From assembly GCA_965649825.1 (NCBI GenBank), contig OZ287697.1, positions 2,218,351 to 2,282,350 of the forward strand: a DNA stretch of 64,000 bases. The letters run 5' to 3'. The notes beneath the pieces were generated by a model. It did not search any database. It was not told the DNA's origin and saw only the letters and a list, made by a program, of their open reading frames with translations. Below are positions 37,239-46,875 of the stretch, one piece after another (the first letter of the stretch is position 1; each line of letters starts with the position of its first letter). Source of the DNA: Penicillus capitatus (Eukaryota > Plantae > Chlorophyta). A program made the position numbers and the translations under genes.

Positions 37239-38925
37239 ATGAAAATGCTTCGCCAAAAATTCAAACGGTTTGTCACTCAATGGGCCAGTGTTGGATACGC
37301 CCTCCCGGTCATTACGGATCTGCAACCGTCGAAATGGACTCCACTGACCGATCCTGCCTCTGCTCTTCGACGCGTGGGGTTTCGGTCGACGGCTTCCGTG
37401 AGTGATCCATACAGCAAACTCAAGGTATCTCGATGCCCTTTGCATCAGATGGCAATAATTTATAGCGTTGCCAATGCTGAATAGATATCCGATATCCAAC
37501 AGCTTCTGCAAGATTCGAATGTGGATTTCCGCGATTGTTATGAGAAAACAGAGCTGATTGATCGTCTACGGACTTCCGAATCTGGATTGCCTGCTTACGT
37601 CCAGAACCGATTGAGGAGGCTGCTTACATCATCCGATATGCATGCTGGTTTAAGAGAGGCAAGGGAAGAAGATCTCTCTCAAGAAGAGGATCAGGCCGTC
37701 CGTCTTTTCAACGTCACGTCAAAACTAAAAACATGTGTGGAGATGTATGGTGTGTTGTGTTGTGCAGCGATGTCGACATAGTGTCGTCCACGTCACATCC
37801 TTCGCTGTGGGAATTGATGGATTCAGCATGAATCCCGTTGAGATACCACGCGGCACTGGAACCGGTATCGTGTGGGACAACCACGGACACATTGTGACGA
37901 ATTTTCATGTTAACACCTGAGCCGCAAGTTCATGAATGGTTTCCAGTATGATGTCTTGTCTAGGTCATTTCGGGAACCAATGAGAAAGTTCAAGTGCAGT
38001 CGTCGGACAACACGAAATTTGAAGCTACCATTCGCGGAGTAGAAAGAGACAAGGATTTGGCTGTTCTGAAGATTGACAGTAGTAACATCAACCTTTCTGC
38101 CATCGAAGTACATCCATCCCACTGTACACATCCTCCCACTGTTCGAGTTTCTTGCCTTAGGTTGGACTTTCCAGCAATTTGCGCGTCGGGCAGAAGGTGT
38201 TTGCGATTGGCAATCCATTTGGTTTGGATCAGACCCTGACTGCTGGGATTGTCAGCGGTCTTGGAAGAGAGATTGGATCTCTGACAGGCCGAGTCATTAA
38301 AGATGTCATTCAAACAGATGCTGCCATCAATCCTGGTAAACAGCTCACTCGCACGTATGCTATAAAAGCAGATTCACAAAGGCAATTCTGGTGGCCCATT
38401 GCTTGATAGCCGTGGACGTTTGATTGGCGTCAATACAGCTATTGTGAGTCCTGGCAGTGGGACTTTTGCAGGAGTGGGCTTTGCCATTCCATCCAACACG
38501 GTACGCCGAGTCGTCAACCAAATCATCAAGCATGGAAAGGTCATCAAACCTCGGATCGGACTCTTCTGTGCTGCCGATGAACAATCACGTCCCTTCCTGC
38601 GAGGAACAAGTGGAGTCCTGGTTGTTGGGGTGGAAGATGGATCTCCTGCTGCGAAAGCGGGAATACGGTAAGCTTCTCACTCACAACCTCGGCAAGTGAA
38701 CCGATGAACCTCCTTGTTTGTTTCAGAGGTGTCCAGAAAGTGGATGGGCATGTGATTGTGAATGACATCATTGTTGCCATCGGAGATGTGCCTGTGACTT
38801 CTGTCGAGGAGCTCATCTCTGCCATTGAAGAGTTCGATGTCGGAGACTCTGTCCCAGTCACACTTCAGAGAGTGGGTAGCGACGGTAAGTCATTCTTGGT
38901 AAACGTTCCTGTTTGGACATACTAA
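37239..38925 (+). CDS. Deg/HtrA serine protease (Deg1/Deg8-like, trypsin plus PDZ) with an N-terminal SAP/HeH-like module
   Basis: [20 protein letters not shown] (His), DKDLAVLKI (Asp), [14 protein letters not shown] (Ser, spliced), GVGFAIP, PDZ segment SPAAKAG...NDIIVAI. Confidence 0.92.
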
Positions 38926-40339
38926 GAAAGTGCGTTTGATCTTCGCACATGCCCCTCTTTATCTTTTTGAGATAATGTCCACGGAGGAAGATACAAACTA
39001 TCATCGTTGTTGAAGGCTTCAAATGACAAGACCTTAATAAAACCGTAAACACAAAAGAGAAGTGGATGCTGCAACGCCTACCAGTTGCTCCTCTGGGTCG
39101 CTCTTCGGAATTGTTCCATGTAGCACACCAATTCTACTTGAATAGTCCGTCACGGGTCTCATTGTGTCTCCTCCGTGGTGGGCATAAAAATTCACCTTCC
39201 CACTCTTGAATCCCACATCGTCTGTTACTATGTACAAATGTCCACGAACCAGCTTCAAACAATAACCATCTTGGAGATGGGGTACAGGCGATTATCAATG
39301 CTGCTTACTTCACGGACAGTGTTCATCGGAGTATCCTTCTGCAAATCAAAGACCAGATCTTTACAGTATGAGTGCGATGCCATCGGCTTTAGTATCACTC
39401 TCAGAGATGTTCCATGGCGGCGCATCATTTTCTCTTTCGAGCACATATCCTTGTTTTTACCATTGGTCTTCTTCTGTCGTTTGGTTTGCGGTTGGTAAGA
39501 ATCTGAAAAAGATCGATCGATCGCAGTCAGATCATTCATTCAACAGGCTACGCACCTTTCTCTCTAACGGTGGTAAAGAAGTCTGCTCCAATGTGTTCAC
39601 GATAAGCAGACTGGCGTCGTTCTCCCCTTTCTCTGAGTGATTTTATGGTTTTCGTGACTGGGACAACCTTCAGTTGTCTCTTCCTGGGAATCTTCTGACG
39701 CTGCTCCCTCCCTCCCGACTGCACACATGGCTACAATGACACCCACCACCTTGCCTTCTGACATGTGCTGCGAGGAAACAAACTAGAATGGGTCGACTTG
39801 GAGGCGACACATGCCACAGTGCGATGAGGCTATCAAATCTCTTATCCTAGACAAAATCGAATACAGACCCCATTTACAGTCAGACAATGCACAAGACGTC
39901 AGTCATCTTACTTCACGCAGATCACGATCTCCTTTAAAGCTAATGTGGCAGACAGGGCATCTCTTTTCTTCACTGTCCATTAAGCATAGACTTTGTTCGA
40001 CGAACAAAATCAATAAGACATGAAGACGCACGATAGACAATTCTCTAGTGTTCGTTCAATGCAGTCTTTGCAAAAGCGATGAAGACATCGGACAGAAACT
40101 CTTGCTTCCATAATGACATCTGTTATATTTGGACGACATCGCCATAGAATCAATAGACATACTCTAGCATACCGTGACATAAGGGGCATTTAATTTCTGT
40201 CCCGATGCCACTGGGTCCAGTCAGCGATGCTTCCACTCTGTGACCAAAGGATCGCGCATAGACGTCAATGCCATGTCGGCAGATTGTACTTGTTCGTCGG
40301 AACCGTGACGCTTTTCCACTCGAATCCTCGCCATTTCAT
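38922..40339 (-). CDS. RING1/BMI1-like C3HC4 RING E3 ligase with a C-terminal ubiquitin-like (RAWUL-like) domain; putative PRC1 core subunit
   Basis: Manual splicing gives EIKCPLCHDVIMEARVSVRCLHRFCKDCIERTL...KRCPVCHISFKGDRDLREDKRFDSLI, closely matching the RING1 pattern CLHRFC...CP.C...R.LR.D..FD.LI. C-terminal LRVILKP...TPMNTVRE...EQLVLSF looks ubiquitin-like. The gene is fragmented into short exons and mostly absent from the ORF track. Confidence 0.7.
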
Positions 40340-40474
40340 GCTTGTCTTGTGTTTGGCCGACAACGGTTGGCGGCTGTGTACGATTACGAAAGAACGTGTC
40401 GCGACGAATGACACGACCTGCGACTGCCTTGTGGCATGGAGATGTCCTTGCAGTGAGCGAGCAAGGAGCCATCA

Positions 40475-41559
40475 ATGGGCAAGACGCATCCAAACCCGCC
40501 TTCCGCTGACAGCAATGGGCTCTCTGGAAACTGGATGGCCTTGAAGAAGAAGCTTAAACGACAGAAACAAAAACTCGGAACTAACAAGGACACGCGACAG
40601 AGATTCGACTGGAAGAAGAGAGGAGTGAAAGAGACACCTTTGTCGGAGCATGATCATAGCCAAAGTCTCAAGCTCGTTAAGAAAGAGTTTGGATTGGAGG
40701 ATGTTGTGGCGATGGATTGTGAGATGGTCTCCGTCAACATGAATGGCAGCAAACGTGCGATTGCTGCGAGGGTCGCCATTGTAATATGAGTGCATGTCTG
40801 ATAAGAGTGTTGAGTGCTTTTGACCCAGGTCGATGGATTGGGAGACGTGCTGCTAGATACTTACATCGATTCAGGATGGATAGTGCTCGATTACCAGTCA
40901 ACAGTTCAATCTTTCTCTGCTCTCTAAGATCGATTTGGATGTTTGTAGCACCCGATACAGTGGCATTCAGCCAAGTCATCTGAGAAATGCCCCTTCACTC
41001 TCCGACATTCAACAAAAGGTGCATTTGGTCGAGAACACTTGGTATCAGAAATGGGTGATGCGTCAGTAAGCTGCATGTGCAGGTCGAATCCCTGCTGGAA
41101 AACAAAGTTGTTGTGGGTCATGCGCTGGATAACGATTTCGAAGCATTGGATATCGAACATCCCGGCCACAGAACGAGGGACACCTCAAAGTTTGGACGCT
41201 TCGAATCCCTCGACAGACACAGACCGGCTTTGCAGATATGAACCTCTAATGATTGGAATGGACGGCGAAAGAGTTCCTCACGGCCGTGCTTTAAGAAGAT
41301 TGGCGAAACATCAGCTGCACATGGACATACAGGTACTTATGTGTATGGTAGAGGAAGAATCTATAATGTTTGATGTCTCTATCACAGAACGGGGCGCACA
41401 ATCCTGTCGAGGACGCCAGAGCAGCACTCTACCTCTATCACAATCATAAAGAAGTCGATATTTACCTCAGATTCAGTTCTTCTCCAGACATTGGATTGCT
41501 AACAGGCATGGGAAGCGAGCTTGATGTCTACTGTTGTGTCTCATCTGTCAACGATGTGA
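40475..41559 (+). CDS. REX4: RNA exonuclease 4 (DEDDh)
   Basis: SGNW...KK basic N-terminus; VAMDCEMV, ARVAIV, VVGHALDNDF, RDTSK, ALRRLA, HNPVEDARAALYLY. Confidence 0.88.
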
Positions 41560-41669
41560 CATGTCAGAGAACGTCGATTGGTCGGTGCAACCTGTCCCGT
41601 GGTTCACCGTTTCATCTATCCTCACAGTGAATAATTGTTACCAAACGTACTTTTCTTGTGGAAGTTAAC

Positions 41670-42578
41670 ATGCGGGGTGTTTTTGTGATTTCCGTGTTTC
41701 TCACGTTTGTTTTGCTGTTCACTCGTGCGCAGAATGACGCAGGAGGAAAATCTTCTACCGACGTCGAGAACTATGTGACCTTCCCTTCCATCGTCACTGT
41801 CAAGGGCAACGTTCCAGAAGCGCCTTCCTGTGGAGGAACACTTTTAGACGACCACGTTGTTCTGACAGCTGCACAATGTGTTGTGGGTGCTGGGAACACA
41901 ACACGTCTCCCGAACGTCGTGCTGGACTCATTGAATGCTCAGAGAACGAACCGAATGCCGCAGACACGCATCACGATGGAGACCACTGTGTATCCTGGTT
42001 ACACTGGAGTGATTCGTGATGGTAATGACTTTGCCCTTCTTCGCCTGGACCATACTGTTGCCCCTTTGAAGAATGTGAAGATTTATCATGGAGATATCTC
42101 TTTCGAAACAAACCTCGTGATTATTGGAGCAGCTGGAGAAGCTATTCGAATCCGATCTGCCACAGTTGCGGATCCAGCAGAGTGTGAGAATGCTGGAATG
42201 CTGCTGGACAAAGAATCGATGGTTTGTATGACTGGCGAGATTCCGTGCGATGGGGATGAAGGAGGTCCCATTTTAGATGCTAAGACTGGTAACCTTGTGG
42301 CTGTCGTTTCATCGACGATTGATTGCAAAGGCGGCAGTAGTAACACACACTTGGCTGTTATGACAGTAAGGAATCCGAAAATCCTTGATTGGATTCAACA
42401 GACCGCGAGTGATCTGGAATACACAGCATCGTTGAATCTGGCACCCCCTGTCATCGCCTTCGATGGGCCGTCTTCTGATCATACTGTCTTGTCAGTTCCT
42501 GCCCCAGAAACAGATGAGGATCTTAGCGAAGATGAAGCAGACGATGAAATGGTGTACGATCTTCTTGGATTCCTGTAG
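41670..42578 (+). CDS. Secreted trypsin-like (S1A) pseudo-protease, copy 1; intronless
   Basis: Signal peptide; CGGTLL...VLTAAQCV (His to Gln), NDFALLRL, CDGDEGGP (Ser to Glu); acidic tail. Confidence 0.88.
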   Translation: MRGVFVISVFLTFVLLFTRAQNDAGGKSSTDVENYVTFPSIVTVKGNVPEAPSCGGTLLDDHVVLTAAQCVVGAGNTTRLPNVVLDSLNAQRTNRMPQTRITMETTVYPGYTGVIRDGNDFALLRLDHTVAPLKNVKIYHGDISFETNLVIIGAAGEAIRIRSATVADPAECENAGMLLDKESMVCMTGEIPCDGDEGGPILDAKTGNLVAVVSSTIDCKGGSSNTHLAVMTVRNPKILDWIQQTASDLEYTASLNLAPPVIAFDGPSSDHTVLSVPAPETDEDLSEDEADDEMVYDLLGFL

Positions 42579-42908
42579 TGAGTTATACCTGTCCAGAAGT
42601 GCAATCAGATGTGCCATCTGCTTTCCAGATGATGAAATCTGATGCCGCCGTTTGTTTAGTGATCTTTCTGATCCGCATTCGTTATTCTGGTCGTTGTCGT
42701 CGTTGTCTTTCTTCCATACAGTCTATGGCCCATTAAGTTGTCGTTTGTTGTTTGATCAGATAGATGCATGCGGTTACTCCTACGTAGTCGGAGTCACGTC
42801 GTTTTCCACCACCCGAATTATTCTTTCTTCGTATTCGAACTGTAACCAGTACACGTATTGCAGACGTGCCCTTTCTCAAGCTATTCGTCGACGCACTTGA
42901 CGGGATAG

Positions 42909-43859
42909 ATGACCTTTGGGAAAAGAATGTACCATGACACCTCTGTATGCAAACAACTGTCGCTGTTTCTGTTGCTGCTATCTCTCCTATTAACCATTGT
43001 CCTCAGTCAGTCCGAAGAGAGTCTGAACGAGGAGGAGACGAAAGAATTTGTGAAGCGATATCCCTACATCGCCAACGTACGTGCATTCGGAAGATCAGTT
43101 TGCTCTGGGGTGCTCATTGGACCTTACACTGTACTCACAGCAGCGCAGTGTGTCGATTCACGAAACGGTCGCGAACTGAAACCGGAGCTCTGGCTCAATA
43201 CCACTCTGGCAGAGGGACCCGAAGACACCGCTGTCGTTCGTCAAGTCAGTGAGACTTTGTTTCATCCAGAGTATGCTGGAAATGCTAATGACGGATACAA
43301 TTTAGCGCTGCTGCAACTTAATGAAAGTGCAGCATCGTTGAGACCGATTCGGATCCCTCCTGAAGCCCTGGATGGACCTGAGAGTATCGTTGGCCGCATC
43401 TTCTCAATCTTGGGATTTGGCAGGACGAGTCTTTCAGGTGCCAGAACCACGACACTGCAGATTGCTGTGGTTCAAGTGTTGGATCCACAGACATGTATCG
43501 ATGCAGATATTGGATACCTGGAAGAACAAATGTTCTGCGTGGATAGTCAACATCCGTGTTCTGGAGCCCATGGTGGTCCTGTGTTCATTGATTCTGGCGA
43601 CTCTCGGAACGATGTGCTGTTCGGTCTGGTTGTTGGGACACCGTGTTTTGAAAACACTGAACTTGCTGGTGTGACTAGTATTTCAACGAATGCAAGTCTA
43701 TCATGGTTGCGACAGACAAGAGACGAGCTCGAAAGAAGAGCAATCATTCAGGACAGCATCACCACAGATGTGTTGGGACTACCCCCTGCACCCGAGCCTC
43801 TTGTGGAGATGCTGGAATTGGAAGACGACTTCGAAGACCTACTACTTCAGGGATTTTAG
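42909..43859 (+). CDS. Secreted trypsin-like (S1A) pseudo-protease, copy 2; intronless
   Basis: Signal peptide; CSGVLIG..TVLTAAQCV (His to Gln), YNLALLQL (Asp to Asn), CSGAHGGP (Ser to His); acidic tail. Confidence 0.88.
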   Translation: MTFGKRMYHDTSVCKQLSLFLLLLSLLLTIVLSQSEESLNEEETKEFVKRYPYIANVRAFGRSVCSGVLIGPYTVLTAAQCVDSRNGRELKPELWLNTTLAEGPEDTAVVRQVSETLFHPEYAGNANDGYNLALLQLNESAASLRPIRIPPEALDGPESIVGRIFSILGFGRTSLSGARTTTLQIAVVQVLDPQTCIDADIGYLEEQMFCVDSQHPCSGAHGGPVFIDSGDSRNDVLFGLVVGTPCFENTELAGVTSISTNASLSWLRQTRDELERRAIIQDSITTDVLGLPPAPEPLVEMLELEDDFEDLLLQGF

Positions 43860-44436
43860 AGAATATAGGTGTGATCGCGGTTCTCAGCAAAGAACGCATT
43901 CAATCCGACTCACTCGCTGTTCATAAAGTGTCTTAACATGTCGATCGGCATGTGTCATGTCTTTCACTTCAGAGCCACCCACTGTTTACATTATCCTTTC
44001 CTCGTCTACACAATCAGGTGATAGACAACTCAAATCCACCTATGTCGCAGAAAAAGATATGAACGTCGATTGTATTATTCTCAGGACTCGCGATTGCTAA
44101 CTGTATCATCCATCAAACACCATTCCTGTTGCCGAGAAGTGATAAATGGGTTTTCTTTGACATGCACAAGTATTGCTTCCAGAAGAGCGTCCACTCACAG
44201 AAAAGAAGAGTTGAGATTGTCCAGGTGCCCATTTCATACTGAAATGATAATATACTTCTATGGTCTAACAATGCAATTTCCGCATGGAGTCTTAATGACG
44301 GACCCCATCACAGTCATATTTCGACAAGGACAAAGCAGATATCAATGAAAGGGCACAACGAAGTCTCTCTCCCTTTAAACGCAGACGCACGTCCAGTATC
44401 TTCGGCCCATCTATCCCCCACACATGCACGCGCTCA

Positions 44437-45347
44437 TCAATCGTCATCGCTCGAATCATCATCCGATACAGAATCCTCATCGCTGTCCTTTTCGCCACCG
44501 AGTAGCGCCTCGACGCCCATTTCGCCCGTAAACCAGGAGACGGCATTGGGAATGAGCATCTCCTTAATGCAGCATCCCATTTCCAAGTCATCTTCCGCCA
44601 GCAATTCCACAATCTCAGACATGTCGTCTGCGTTATCCGTCTCGGGGATGACCGGAGCCGAAAAGAAGTCGAAGAAAGAGTGCGTCTGGACAACCTTTGT
44701 TTTAGGATTGCCCCCGTGCTTTGTTTTCTTTCTGACAACTTTGAATCCCGGATTCTTATCGGCTGTCCAATTGATCGTGGTGCCTTCTGTCTTCTCCAAT
44801 GTCGTCTCATCGTCTCCGCCCATAAAGTACTTCTTTTCAAGAACCGTCGGTTCGAAGAAAGGATTTTGGCTAAACTAATCACAGAAAGGCAGAGAATGGA
44901 TATTCATTCACAAGTGTACATGTCAGTCAGGGCCGTCACCTTGAAGACCAGTTTGAATCCAGGTTTGCCATCATCCAATGGGCCATGGGAGATATCTAAT
45001 AGATACTTGAGAATAGGCTCGTCCCTCTTCGTCACATTTCCGCCGACTAAGTCAGCGCTCTTTAGAACTTTGAGCCAGAAGCCCGGAACTAATCCAGGTT
45101 CCTGGTCATCTGGTCGATGCGAGGCGTTTGCAGATCCAACAATGAGTTGATAGCGCTCCTTGAATAGAGGGTCGAAGAGATTGCGGTATTTCTCATCAAG
45201 TGCCTTTGTCTCTCGCAAGAATTCTTTCTTCACCAGGTCGCACTTTGCCTGGACGTTTCTCAATAACTCGACGCGCTCTCGCACTTCATCAGGGAGTGAG
45301 TCGAGAAACTTTGCGACCCCTGAGACGCGTACTGGCGTGCCGGCCAT
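44437..45347 (-). CDS. NAP1: Nucleosome assembly protein NAP1/SET family histone chaperone
   Basis: LPDEVRERVELL..Q, VPGFWLKVL, RDEPILKYLLDI, FKLVF, NPFFEPTVLEKKY, GTTINW, HSFFDFF, acidic tail. Confidence 0.92.
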
Positions 45348-45423
45348 GATATTGAAACGAATGGACGACAGTGCGTAATGCAAACGATTTCTTGTCGACC
45401 ATTCTGAGAACTGCCATTCCGAG

Positions 45424-46875
45424 ATGCTGCTACTCAGACATCGCCTGACATCGGCACTGCCGGCGTACTTAAGAGATGTGAGAAGCGTCGTGCCTCTGCT
45501 TAGTTGCGGACAACAGGGAAATCACGCGTCCGGAGGTACCAGTGGTTCTGTTGGTTTGTTCCCGGGACGGCATGACGACTCGTGATGCAGGATCGATCCG
45601 AGAATATGGTCATTTGACTTTGGATTTGGAGAACAAGGGACTGAAGAGGGGTCCCGGCGGGCGATCTTCGGTGAGTGGTGTGACGGCGACCGTCTTTGGT
45701 GCGACAGGCTTCTTGGGTCGCTATGTTGTGAACGCTCTGGCCAGAAGAGGTTCCCAAGTGGTCATTCCATATCGCTGCGACGAGCTTGAGATGATGCATT
45801 TGAAGCAGATGGGTGATCTAGGACAGGTAATGCCTGTCTGTCTCACATCGATGCTGCGGATCATGCACCTATGCAGATCATCTTTCTGCCCAAGTTTGAC
45901 ATATCCGATCGTCATCAACTCATCAAGGCCGTCTCCCGTTCGAATATTGTTATCAACATGGTTGGTGCCCACCAAGAAACATGGAATTTCTCGTTCCGTG
46001 ATGTCCATGTGGAAATAGCCAAACGCATTGCAGAGGCGACAACTAAAGCACCGGATCTGGAACGATTCGTTCATGTGAGTGCTATGGGTGCAAGTACAGA
46101 TGCCACTTCGCGAAGACTACGCAGCAAGGCAGAAGGTGATGAAGTCGTCAAACAGATCAATCCGGGTGTCACTATCATTAAGCCATCTTGTATGATCGGC
46201 GTCGAAGATCGATTCTATAACTGTCTGGCTACTCTTGGAAAATCTCTCCCCTTCGTTCCGTTGATCGATGGAGGCGACACCAAAGTGCAACCTGTTTACG
46301 TTAGAGATGTCTCAGATGCAATGATGCAAGTGCTGAAAGACATGAGCACCAGTGGCAAGACCTATACACTTGCTGGACCAGAGGTGATGACGTAAGTCCA
46401 CCACCGTCGATAGTGCACTCGCTGTGTTTACTCCTGATTCCTGACATATCTGTTTGTCCTCAGCATGAAGGAGGCAACAGAGTTGGTGTTCTACCTGATG
46501 CGTGAGAAGCTCTATGCCTTGCCCTATCCTTCTGTCCTCGCCAAAGGATCCGTCCTCTTCCACACACTCTTCCACAGATCCGTGAGTTATTTGATAGCAT
46601 ATGTAAACGCCCTATTGTATGAAGGGTGTCTGCAGTTGCCATTGCATTTCATGAACTACATGCTGACAGCTGATTTTATCGATGAGTTGGCGAAGGACAA
46701 CGTCCTGTCAAGTGATGAATTGACTTTCAAGGACTTGGGAATGAAGCCCAGAGACACAACGCGCGGCATCAGTGTGGATCACATCAGATACTTCAGATCA
46801 GGAGGATATGCTTACGGGACCATTGTTGGACAACATGATGTCCCCGAGCGTTTCTTGCAACGCACTAAAGCATAG
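45424..46875 (+). CDS. NDUFA9: Mitochondrial complex I 39-kDa subunit
   Basis: [60 protein letters not shown]; mitochondrial-like presequence. Confidence 0.95.
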
